Part shown: one piece after another, positions 37,394-49,271 of the stretch
Layout of the letters: each line of letters starts with the position of its first letter
Numbering within the stretch: position 1 is the stretch's first letter
NCBI GenBank assembly: GCA_009103225.1
Contig: RHPI01002090.1
Coordinates: forward strand, 1,039,932-1,103,931
Direction: 5' to 3'
DNA from: Chlorokybus atmophyticus
Lineage: Eukaryota; Plantae; Mesostigma and Chlorokybus algae
Length of the DNA: 64,000 bases
Translations under genes and position numbers: made by a program
The notes under the pieces: generated by a model
The model's database searches: none
What the model saw: the letters and a program-made list of their open reading frames with translations, nothing else
What the model was told of the DNA's origin: nothing

Positions 37394-40300
37394 CCATCGG
37401 GGCAGCAACTTGCGAGCACCCGTACCTTTGATGGTTATGTTCTTTGCGTTAAGCAAAACTTTATTGCCGACATCGAAAGTGGCCATTTTTCGATGTGTAT
37501 CAGCATAAGCTTTTTGCCTATCCTGTGCTTCTGACAGACACAGCTTGGCTCGAGCCAAATTTTCTTGCATATTAGTGGCAAATTCCTTTGCCGCTGGTAC
37601 AGTCAGGGCATTACGAGGTACACGCAATGACGCTGGTGTGTTCGGGCGAATCCCGTGATTCAAGAAAGATGAGGTTTCCTTTACACTTTCCTGCCACGCG
37701 TTGTTCACAGCGAACTCTGCCATTGGCAAGTACCTGTCCCAATCAGCATGATTAAGAGCCACATAGTGGCGAAGCATCTTCCAGTATTTAATTTGCTCGC
37801 TCAGTTTGACCGTCCGTTTGTGGGTGGAAAGCAGTCGACATGCTTTGTTTTACCCCCAACAATTCATAGACTTCTCGCCAAAGCTTGGAGACAAACCGAG
37901 GATTACGATCTGTGACAAGTTCACGCGGTACACCGTGAACGCGAAAGATCGTGGACACAAATAAGTGTGCCAAGTCCCGTGCACTTACAGTTGTGCAACA
38001 CGGGGCAAAATGCACCATTTTAGTCAAACGGTCGACAAAAACCACAATAGCAGTGTATTTAGCTGCTGTTTCAGGTAGGTCAGTAATTAAATCCATACTG
38101 ACACTATCCCACTTTTGTTCTAGAATTGCCAATGGTTTAAGCAATCCCGCTTGTTTTTGTCGTAGTGGCTTTTTACGTTGACACACGTCACATGTGCAAA
38201 CATATTGATCCACGTCAGCTGACATTGACGGCCATTAGTATAACTGTTGCGCAGATTTGAGTGTTTGTGTTTCCCCAAATGCCCAGCATACGGCGGGTCA
38301 TGCACTGAATGTAAGCATTGCTTACGCAAGTCGCCAGAGTTGGGAATTGCCAACTGCTCCCCTTTATACCACAGATTGCTAACAGCAGTAAGCTGTTGCA
38401 AGTTGGTTTGACTGCTAAACCAATCATCTGAGTTATAACCTGCGGACACTTCCTTTAAGAAAGGATCTTCAGGCTGTTGTACATTACGCGTACTTCGAGA
38501 GCGCGTAAGTGCCAAAAGAGCAGGGCTGCGACTTAGTGGATCCGCCACATTGGTGCGACCCGGACGGTATTGCCAAGTGAAAGTGAAACGAGAAATGAAT
38601 TCATTCCACCTAGCTTGCCGCCTCGACAGATTTTGTTGCGTATGAAAGAATGTGAGCGGGTTGTGATCAGTAATCACTGAAAACTCCACCCCTTCCAAGT
38701 AGCAACGCCATGTGCGCAGCGCGTGCACCACCCCGAGCAATTCCTGCTCAGTGGTTGTGTAATTACGTTCAGCAGGAATGAACTTTCTGCTTTCATATGC
38801 ACATGGTCTGTCATCCTGTAGAAGGACTGCCCCACACCCAATGGTAGAAGCATCATTGATCACCACAAAAGGCTTGGTGTGGTCGGGGAAGGCTAACACA
38901 GGGGCTTGTGTTAATGCATCCTTTAATGCGTGTAAAAGCAACCTCGTGTGCCTCCGTCCATACAAATTTAACATCTTTTCTTAGTAAAGATGTTAAAGGA
39001 TTTGCCATGCCAGAATATGCTCGCATGAACTTGCGGAAATAATTGGCTAGCCCCAAGAAAGCACGTAACTAATGTACATCCTTGGGTGGTGGCCAATCCT
39101 TTACCGCACACACCTTTTGAGGATCTGGTTTCAATCATTCTTTACCAATCACATGCCCTAAAAAGGGTAGTTCATCCTTTGCAAAGTTGCATTTGGACAG
39201 GTTGGCATAGAATTTGTGTTCGCGTAACTTAGCTAGAACCAATTCCACATGCCTGTGGTGGTCCTCCCAAGTTTTGCTGAACACAATAATGTCGTCTAGA
39301 TATACCAATACAAACTTGTACAATTCATCAGCAAATACTGCGTTCATTGCTGTCTGAAATGTAGCCGGTGCATTTGTTAACCCAAATGGTAACACTTTAT
39401 ACTCAAAGTGTCCTAGTGGGGTGCGAAATGCAGTTTTTTGTATATCCGACGGTGGATTTTGATTTGATGATAACCACTGGTCAAATCCAGCGTGCTGAAC
39501 ACTGTTGCACCTGACAGCTTATCAAACAAATCATCAATCCGAGGCAAATGATATCTATTTTTCACAGTGACCTTGTTCAACGCACGGTAATCAATACACA
39601 TGCGTAGCTTGCCATTCTTTTTGGGCACAAACAAAATTGGTGCACCAAAAGGAGATATGCTCTTTGTTATTAAACCTTTGTCCAATAACTTTGAGCTGTT
39701 TTTCCATCTCCGCGTGTTCTAAGGGACTTAGCCTGTATATAGGCCGCCAAGGTGGCTTTGCCCCCTCCGTTAACGGAATGGTATGATGTATGTTTTGATC
39801 CGGAGGCAACTCTGGGAGTTCATCCTAAATACATCTGCGTATTGTTCCGTAAGTGACTGCACCACAGGGTCACTGATAGCCTGTTCAGCAAGTGTTTCCA
39901 CCTGTCGTAAGTGCAATAAGTATACGTCCTCACGTTTACGCATGCAACGTTTCAATTGCATAGCAGAGAGGAGCGGAACATTATCGCGAGGTATACATGC
40001 AAGTACAGATGCTGTTAAAGTCATCCTACGTTTCCCTTTACGAAGGGTGCATGTATTGGCTCGAGAGTCTAATTGTAAACCTGCTTCAGTGTGCCATTGC
40101 TCCCCTAAAACAACATCCACCCCGGGGTTACTAATATCCACCCCGATGAAGGCTGGTCGGGTTTTATGGCCATTAATAACAAAACGCCCTTTCACCTCTC
40201 CCATTGCATTGAGAGTGGAACCAGCAGCACGTACATATGCCGTGACTGGTGTGAAAGGAATGTTATTACGTTTCACCCAAGCATGTTCAACAAAGTTATG

Positions 40301-40775
40301 GTTTGCACCAGTATCAATCAATGCTGTACATGGTGTACCCATAAGTTGACTCTCAAATCTCTCATTTGAGTGGCACTGAGTGATCATCAAATGTAGCTAA
40401 TGTCGGAGTGCCGTGATTGGTAGCAGACTTGATAAAGATCACTTGCAACGGTGAAGCTCCTGTATCTTTGCGTGAGAGTTGCATGATTACTTCTCCCCCT
40501 TTCAACAATCGCGACCATGGGCCATGATATCGAGGGATAACTACACATGCAGTGACAGCATGTTGTAATTGCAACTCGTGTAAGTGCTTAACAGCAGTTA
40601 CTAATTCAGAGAATGAAACATTGATCAAAACACAACCGTTTGTATTTCTAAACACAGGTGGTGTGCTCATATCAGTCCAAACATCTGATACATCACAAAG
40701 AGAGGAAACTTTATCAAGAAGTACAGAGTTTTTAAAGTCGTTCTGCTCGATTAAGCTACCAACCATGGACAATTC
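37394..40775 (-). pseudogene. pol: Copy A pol: MTase-like domain, PR, RT, RNase H, integrase
   Basis: ALIDTGANHNF; [11 protein letters not shown]; YLDDIIVFS; NDASTIGCGAVLLQ; WDSVSMDLITDLP; QTDGQTERAN. Contains frameshifts. Confidence 0.93.
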
Positions 40776-41869
40776 CTATTTCTTGTCTCTCTGCTGCTTG
40801 GCCTTCTGTGCATTCTGTTTTGCATAGCACTTAGCCTCCCCATGACCTGTCTTCTTGCAGAAACTGCAAGTGATAATGGATTTGGCCGCATTGTAGGGGT
40901 TAGCAGGATGAGATGGTTTCGCCTTTTTCACAAAAGGTTTGTTGTCAGTGGCCGGGCGCTTTGCAGCTGAAACCGGGGCTGCCTCCTTTGCCGTGGTTTG
41001 CATGTTGGCGTGAGAGCGCTTTACACTGTCCACAGCAGCAACCATTTGCATCAGCATTGGTAAATCCGTCGAGGCCCACTCTTGCAAACTCGCGGGGTTG
41101 ACGGCCACATGCTGCACGAGATCAGTGTCCAAGCCACGTCTGAACATATCCAGCTGATCAGCATCACTGATAGGTAGTTTGCCAGCATTAATCTTGCTGA
41201 CAAACGACTGAAAATCCTGGATATACTGCTGAACCGGACGTCCGTTCTGACGCAGGTTGTGCAGCTGGTTGCGAGCAACCTGGGCAGGATCTGCGCCACC
41301 ATAGCGCTGCTCCATGAAAAAGCACAATTGATTTACTTCCCGCCCGAGGTTTGTATCCCGTTGCTTACGGCAGTACCACTCTGCCGGAGCATCGTTTGGG
41401 ATCAGCAACTCAGCCACACGCAATTTCCCCTCCTCAGAAATGTGAAGGGAGTTGACATAGTGTCGCAACTTCACAAGCCAGTCGAAGATGGCCGCTTGCT
41501 TGTTGGGAACAAACTCGGCAGGACGAGCAAGTGCTTGAACAGGTGGACCACCGTCAGCACGTTGAAGACGCTCGATCATATTCAGAACACGTTTGCCTTC
41601 ACCCATCTGCCCCTCCCAATCTCGCCCCATAAAGGTGGTGAGCTTTGAAACTTTTTCTGCCGAAAGGAAGAGAGAGTTCACGAATGAGACAATTGCCTCA
41701 CGAGGGTCCTGATCATAGGTGCTAGGAAATGCTCCATCAAGTTCTGCTGTGTCATGTGAATAGAAAACTCAGGGAATATAGAAGGTGATCTATCATCCAC
41801 TGAAGCTTCTGCAGCTTTGGCAGCTTGAGACTCATCAGGTGCATCATCCGGATTCGGAATATCTTTCAT
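40776..41869 (-). pseudogene. gag: Copy A gag with CCHC knuckle
   Basis: DPAQVARNQLHNLRQNGRPVQQYIQDF; CSFCKKTGHGEAKC. Ends with a TAG in frame with pol. Confidence 0.88.
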
Positions 41870-42783
41870 GGATGAAATTTCTCCTCACGGGAAGATTGCT
41901 CTTTTCCCGAGCTCTCCCCTTTTGAGGTGGGCACCGAGTTTTCTTCCATTTGTCTGCAAAACAGGCAGAATGGGATGGTGAGAACCTCACCAATGGACCA
42001 GGTTCAACGAGAGGATCAAAATGACCCCAAGTTGTAAAAGTCCCAAACAGAGTCCAAACCAGTCCCAAAATAGGAAAGGTTGGATCTGGAGTGTCACCAA
42101 ACAGAACAAGTCTGAGTGGGACCAGAATGTCCTAACCCTGTGTTGTCCTCAACCAAGTCCCGATCTCCAGGCTGAAGCCAGAGAGGGAGGGTTTGGGAAC
42201 AGTTTGGTTTGGAACTTACGGACCCGGGTCAAACGACCCGGCAAAGCCGCTGGCAGGTCACAGGTACGTCACAGGCATGCAACAGGCAAGCCACAGGCAT
42301 GCAACAGGCAAGCCGTACGGTGACTAACTGTGACATGCACTGGCAAGCACAATGACAAGCAATCACCGCATGCAATGACAGGCAATCACTGCAAGCAATG
42401 ATAGTGCACTAAGTGTGACAAACAGTGATGGCACACTAGCAAGCCGCAATCACCGCATGCAATGACAGGCAATCACTGCAAGCAATGATAGTGCACTGGC
42501 AAGCCACTGTGTGATGTGCATGAAAGTACACACGTGCACCTGGCAAGCACCTAGCAAGCAACTGACAAGCAGGCAAGTCACCGACGTGTGTGATGGTACC
42601 TCACACGTGGAGAGGCCGCCTCTTGGATAGGTGGCTTCAACGTGGAGGTAGCGCAGGGAAGCGAACTTGAAGCTTGGGCTGCGTGGACGAATAGGATGCC
42701 GCCGCCGACGCTTTCTGATTGGCCGAAAGCAGGTCGCCGCCCCCTATAAGTACCCACGTCACCCTCCAGCTCCTGGATACCAA

Positions 42784-43304
42784 TGTAACAGCACCACCGT
42801 CGCCGGTGATGCCCCTTCAATCCTCTACCCCAACACCCACATTGCCTATGGCAAGCCTTTCAACGGCGTGGCCGCCACTAAGCAGAGAACTGAAAAGTCC
42901 CCACATCAGATTGATGTGACCTTTTATATCAAGAGTATATCAACTATATACCTCTCGATAATCAACTCACAACTAGACATCGACCCTACAGATAGGGTAG
43001 TTAGGAAATCTAGCGTGAGCCAATCACAGCTCAGATAAGGTACCTATCGATAAGATACCTATCCAAAGATACCTATCGTAAGGTACCTAACGAGATAGTG
43101 ATCACATTATATCAAATGTGACACTAAATAGGCTTGAATAGGCGGTTTTTACACCCATTGGGACTTATTTAAGCTATGATAAAGCATCATAGCCTTTAAT
43201 AAGCGAGGAACCGTAGAAAAGAGGTATAAATAAGCATATTTAATTCATACGAAATGTGTTATTTAGGTAGCAATAATACCCCTATTATTATTGCTCCCGT
43301 TACA
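42784..43304 (-). repeat. Family 2 copy A 5' LTR
   Basis: Followed on the minus strand by the PBS; TSD AACTC at 43305-43309. Confidence 0.95.
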
Positions 43305-43309
43305 AACTC

Positions 43310-43760
43310 GCATATTTGTAAAAGGTGCTTCGTTTCATACGAAAGTGTCTAACCCACATCTCATTAGCCTATACAGCAGTCACGAACTCGTCAAACCAAG
43401 CCACACATCTTGGGAAAACGTACTAACTGCCTGTCTGTACGTGGCTACGCTGTTTGGCCAACATAACAGACATCCTTGTAAATGCATCGTGACGCTCTGA
43501 GCGCATGCGTTGACGGCGACGCACAGCAGCCCTTCTCAACACTCTTGCATGAGCAGCCATCTATTGACGGATGAGTAGAACAAGCACAACCATGATGACC
43601 AGAGTGAGTCCACGAGGCCGAACCATGTCTGCGCACAACGCATGTGATGAGAGACAATGCTAGCCAGTTAGCTTCAATACGAACAACATCCACCACACTC
43701 AACAACATCATGTAGTCATCAACTTCTCTCATAGACACATCATGTTAACTGCTGCTGCTG
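43310..43760 (-). pseudogene. Harbinger transposase, 5' portion
   Basis: AWFDEFVT...WVRHFRMKRSTFYK joins ISSIAAVDTNARLAI at 22324 across the AACTC TSD. The start is approximate. Confidence 0.75.
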
Positions 43761-44333
43761 GTCTGCCTTCGTGTGTAGGTACACACGAACTTGACGCTGG
43801 AGCAACACACTCTGCCAACTAGGCAAGCAGGCCGAAAAACTTGTCGCCGCCTGATCGCATGATCATTTCCCCACTCTACCACCGCACCCACCCCTCCCAC
43901 CCACCCCGCCGAATTCAATATTGATGCCCCCGCCGCCCCCGCTGCTTTTGCTACCGTGTAGGCCTAGAAGCCAGTGCAAGCCTAGCTGGACGTCGCGAAG
44001 AGCGTCGGTTACCGCGAGAACTAATCCCCGCGCCGCTAATTCCATAGTGCGAAACGCGGTTAGAGTTACGCGGTGTCAGTGACCCTAACTCCAGAGTTAA
44101 CAGCTGCGCTAACCCCGCGCCGCTAACTCCCGGTGCAAAACGACCCTGATGAAGTGACCATTTACAATGTTACTAGACCGAGAAACAATGACCGCGAAAT
44201 TCGTCTGCAAGGCAGGAATTAAACCCGGGTCTCAAGCTCCGATGACCAATGTCACAGCCCATACGACCATATAAGACTTGGTGCTTTTAATGTCGATGTG
44301 TGGTTATCTAAAGTACCTTCCCGTTACACCACC

Positions 44334-47300
44334 AGTATAACCGTTGCGCTTCTTTGGGTGTTTTGTGTATACCCAAATGCCCAGCATACAGCGGGTCGTG
44401 CACTATTTGGAAGCATTGCTTACGCAAGTCGTTCGAGTTGGGAATCGCCAGCTCTCCCTTATACCACAAATTGGCAACAGCAGTAAGCTGTTGTACGTTG
44501 GTGTAACTGCAACACCAGCTATCTAAGGCATAACCTGTGGACACTTCCTTTAAGAAAGGGTGTTCAGTCTGTTGCGCGTTACGCGTACTGCGGGAGTGCG
44601 TAAGTGCAAAAAGGGCAGTGCTACGCCTTGGTGGATCCGCCACATTGGTGCGACCTGAATGGTATTGCCAAGTGGAAGTGAAACGAGTAATGAACTCATT
44701 CCACCTAGCTTGCCCTTTTGACAAGTGTTGTTGCGTATGAAAAAGGGTTAGCAGGTTATGATAAGTAATTACCGAAAACTCCACACCTTCCAAGTAGCAA
44801 CGCCATGTGCGTAACGCGCGCACAACCCCGAGCGGTTCTTGCTTAGTAGTTGTGTAATTGCGCTCAGCAGGATTGAACTTTCTGCTTTCATATGCACACG
44901 ACCTGTCATTGTAGAACTGCCCCATACCTAATGGTGGAAGCATCACTAATCACCATAAAAGGTTTGGTAAGGTTGGGGACGACCAACACAAGAGCTTGTG
45001 TCAATGCATCCTTAATGCAAATAACAGCAACCTCGTGTGTGTGTGCCTCCGTTCACACGAATTCAACAGTTTTTTGAAGTAAAGATGTACAAAGGAATTG
45101 CCATGCTATAATATGCATGCATGAACTTGCGGAAATAATTAGCTAGTCGTAAGAAAGCAGGTAATTGATGTACATCCTCAGGTGGTGGCCAATCCTTCAG
45201 TGCACACACCTTTCAAGGATCTGGTTTCACTCTTTACTTGCCAATCACATGCCCTAAAAAGGGTGATTTGTCCTTTGCAAAGTTGCATTTGAACAAGTTT
45301 GCATAGAATTTGTGTTTGCGCAACTTGGATAAAACCAACTCCACATGCTTGTGGTGTTCCTCACGGGTTTTGCTGAACACAATAATGTCGTAAAGATAGA
45401 CAAGTACAAACTGCACAATTTGTCAGCAAATACAGCGTTCATTGCTGGTGCATTTGTTCACCCGAATGGCAACAATTTGTACTTAAAGTGACCTATTGGG
45501 GTACGAATTACAGTCTTCTGTATATTTAACGAATCTCAATGATAACCACTGATAACCATTCGTTAGATCTAGTATGCTAAACACTGCTGCACCCGACAGC
45601 TTATTAAACAAATCATCAATCGCGGCAAAGGGTATATGTTTTGCACACCTATTTTTATTAATGCACGGTAATCAACACACATTCGTAGCTTGCCATACTT
45701 TGTGGGCACGAACGGGTGCACGAAAAGGAGATATGCTCTTTGTTGTTAGACCTTGTCCGATAACTCTTTAAGCTGTTTTTCATTTTCGCGTGTTCTAATG
45801 GACTTAACCTGTAAATAGGCGGCCACGCTGGCTTTGTCTCTTTTTCTAACGGAATGGTATGATGTATTTTTCCATTAGGCAATTTCGGGAGTTCATTCTG
45901 AATGACATCCGCGTATGGTTCCGTATGTGATTGCACTAAGTGGTCAATTACAACCGATTCGGCAGGTGTTGCCACTTGTCGCGAGTGCATTAAATACACC
46001 TCTTCACGTTTGCGCATGCAACGTTTCGGTTGCATAATAGAGAGGAGCGGAACATTGTCACAAACAACACGTGCAACTGAAGGCACAGTCAAAGTCACCA
46101 TACTTGTGCCCTTACGAAGGGTGTAAATATTGGCAGGAGAGTTCATTGCCAACCTGCTTCAATGTGCCACTGTTCCTCTAAAACAACATCCCCCCCGAGA
46201 AGATTGATATCGTAACGCGGGGCTTAGCCGACTAAGCCATGGTAGCAAAAGTCGCTGCCATGAGAGGTTGTGTATTGCTTATTAATGCTTCATAAGCCCT
46301 TCTTAGCCTATTCCACATTAACCGGCATTACATTCAACCCGGCTTTAACCGCGATTTTACCTGCACATCTTGGCCCTTCATGACCGGCGGGACTTGCTCG
46401 CGTCCGGTCATGACCAGCCATTACCGGTCATGCCGCGTAATTTTCCGCGGCGACTTGCCACGTTGCCGCGCAGGAGCGACACTGCGCGCCGACTCAGTCA
46501 GCTTCACCTCACAGGTTATTGTTAACCAATCACACTAACTGCCTTGGATCGTTTCCGACGGTCGCCGAAAATCTACCCACTCGCGCGCATCTTGCGCCCG
46601 GTGGGATTTGATCCCGCAACCTTTGGAGCTCCGATAGCAATGTAACGCGGGGCTTAGCCGACTAAGCCATGGTAGCAAAAGTCGCTGCCATGAGAGGTTG
46701 TGTATTGCTTATTAAAGCTTCATAAGCCCTTCTTAGCCTATTCCACATTAACCGGCATTACAGATATCCACTCCAATGAAGGTTGGTCAGGTTTTTTGGC
46801 CGTTAATTACAAAGCACCCTTTTAACTCTCCTATTGCATTAATAGTGGAACTAGCAGCACGAACATATGCCGTAACTGATGTGAAAGGTATATTACTACG
46901 TTTCACCCAAGCATTTTTAATAAGGTTATGGCTTGCACCAGTATCGATCAATGATGTACATGGTGTGCCCATAAGTTGACTCTCAAATCTCCATTTGAGC
47001 GGTATCAAATGACCATCATATATAGCTATTGTTGAAGTGCCGTGATATACAACAGGCTTGACAAAGATCACCAACAATGGTGATGTTTCTTTATCTTTGC
47101 GTGAGAGTTGATAACTTTTCCCCCTTTTAACAAACGTAACCACCGGCCATGATATTGAGGGATAACTACACGTGCATCGATAGCATGGTGTAGTTGCAAC
47201 TCGTGTAATTGCTTGATAGCAACTCATAAAATGGTATTAATAAAAACATAGCCATTTGTGTTAGCTAACACTGGTGGTGTGCTCATATCAATCGATACAA

Positions 47301-49271
47301 CTAATACTTCACAACGCAGGGAAACTTTATCACAAAGTACATAGTTTTTAATGTCGTTCTGCTCAACTATGCTACCAACCACGGACAATTCCTATTTCTT
47401 GTCCTTTTGCTGCTTGGCCTTTTGTGCGTTCTGCTTTAAATAGCTCCTGGCCTCCACGTGGCCCGTCTTCTTGCAGTTGTTGCAAGTGAGGTTGGGCTTG
47501 GCCGCTTTGGAGGGACCAGCAGGATTAGCCTAAGGGTGCACACGCTTGAGAATCTTAAAGCCCGAGTGTGGCTTGGCAGAGTCGGTGGCGGGACGATTTT
47601 GAGACACAGTTTATGCGGTTTGCACACCCCTTGTCACGCTGCCCACAGTCGTCACCACGTTCATTAATATGGGAAGCTCATCCGCTGACCACTCTGTGCC
47701 CGTTAACTGATTGATGGCCACCAACTTCGGAAGATTAATGTCGGGGCCACGCCTAAACATGTCCAACTCATTAGCATCACTTAATGGCAACTTGTCGGCA
47801 TTGATTTTGCTGACACAGCATGGGAAGTCCTAAATGTATTGTTAAACAGCACAACCACTCTGTCGCAGGTTGTGAAGTTGGTTGCGAGCTTGCTGAGCGG
47901 GGTCGGTGCCACCGTAGTGCTATTTCATGAAAGCGCACAATTGGCTCATTTCCCGCCCGAGCTTTACATTACGTTGTTTGCGGCGGTGCCACTTTGAAAG
48001 AGCATCATACGGAATTAGCAACTCAGCCACACGCAACTTCCTTTCCTAAAAAATGCGGAGGGAGTTGACATGGTGTCTCGCTTCACGAGCCTGTCAAAAA
48101 TGGCCGTTTACTTTTGGGGAGCGAACTCAGAAGGACGAGGGAGGGCTTAAACGGGTGGTGCGCCATCAGCATGTTGAAGGCGCTTGATTATGTTCACAAC
48201 ACGTTTCCCTTCATTCATTCTATGCCTCCCAATCTCTCCCCATAAAAGTGGTGAGCTTGGAGACCATTTCCGCCATGTAGAAGAGGAATTCATGAGAGAG
48301 ATATTCGCCTCACGAGGTTCCTCATCATAGGCGCCAAGGAAGTGGTCCATCGAGTCCTACTTTGTCGTGCAAGTAGAAACCTTGGGAAATGATGGCGATG
48401 GCCTGTTGGGTTCAACCGAATCATCCACAACCTTGGCAGCTTGAGACTCATCAGGTGCATCATCTGGATTCGGTATATCCTCCATGATGGAAATTCATCC
48501 TCACGGGAAAGTGGCTCCTGTTATAAGCTCTCCCCCTTTAAAATGGGCACCGAGTTTTCCTTCATATGTCTCCATGCCGCCTCTTTGATGGCTTTTGAGA
48601 CGTGGAGGTAGCGCAGGGAAGCAAACTTGGACTTGAGGGCACGTAGACGAATAGAAGGCCCCCTAAAAGTCCCCATGTCACCCCCCAGCTCCTAGATACC
48701 AATGTAACAGCTGTCGGCATCGCCGCCGACAACCCTTCAATCCTCTACCCCAACACCCACATCATCAAAGACAAGCCGTATTACACCGCACCGGCAGCAT
48801 GGTGCTGCAAAGGGGTTAAAAACTGATTGAGGTTTCAACAGTTGATGGGCCGTTTATATAAAGAGTATAACATAGTAATGTATCTCGAGATTGAACTCAC
48901 AACCAGATATCATCCCTACAGATAGGGTTGCCGTTAGAGATCTCGCGTCAGCCAATTAGAGCTCAGATATAAAACCATAAGGTCCTCAACGATAAGGTAC
49001 CTAGCAATAAGGTACCTAACTTTATATTTGACTATAGTGATCGCGTATATGGAATGCGACACTAGTGTCGCAACACTAGTAGTACTACATAGCTTGATAG
49101 GCGCTTCTACACCCAGTGGGCTTTAACAAAGCTATAGTAACATATTATAAGCTTTGCTAAGCAAGGAACCGTAAAAAAAGCGATATAAACAAGTATTCAA
49201 TTATACTTATTCATAAATAATGTACCATTAAAATAGCGATAATACCCCTATTATTTTTTGCTCCCATTACA
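44334..49271 (-). mobile_element. Chromovirus family 2 copy B (older, more decayed): 5' LTR 48703-49271, gag ~47392-48485, pol to 44334
   Basis: Colinear homolog of copy A (SLIDTGASHNL; GHLGIHKT..LYWW) with PBS TGGTATCTAGGAGC. It continues at 18233; the 3' end and 3' LTR are not found in the window. Confidence 0.88.
46211..46762 (-). mobile_element. TRIM-2, a 552-bp miniature LTR element inserted in the copy B protease region
   Basis: 122-bp LTRs at 46211-46332 and 46641-46762 differ at 2 positions. Perfect TSD GATAT; PBS-like TGCTATCGGAGC. Confidence 0.92.

Larger units (their letters stand above)
22325..43304 (-). mobile_element. Chromoviral Ty3/Gypsy LTR retrotransposon, family 2 copy A, containing the 14-kb DNA transposon
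   Basis: LTRs 22325-22851 and 42784-43304 differ by about 15 substitutions and two indels by my count. Perfect TSD AACTC, PBS TGGTATCCAGGAGC (42769-42782), PPT next to 22851. Confidence 0.95.
18718..44146. mobile_element. PIF/Harbinger DNA transposon (~4.4 kb net) containing a 21-kb nested insertion
   Basis: TIR GGGTCGTTTCGCACCGGGAGTTAGC at 18718 versus GCTAACTCCCGGTGCAAAACGACCC ending at 44146. Flanks TTA/TGA. Transposase and Myb/SANT genes are convergent. Confidence 0.92.
18234..44328 (-). mobile_element. TRIM-1, a miniature non-autonomous LTR element (~0.66 kb net), split by a Harbinger insertion
   Basis: 79-bp LTRs at 18234-18312 and 44250-44328 (TGT...ACA), 5-bp TSD CCACC (18229-18233, 44329-44333), PPT AAGTGGGGAGGAA, PBS-like TGGTCATCGGAGC, and an internal ~143-bp tandem duplication. 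Confidence 0.88.

Noticed and set aside
42359-42497. 52-bp direct repeat in the copy A leader, and the (CCTAG)n tract near 6550-6615 in the family 1 leader
   Set aside because: Such repeats are ordinary in LTR-retrotransposon 5' leaders.
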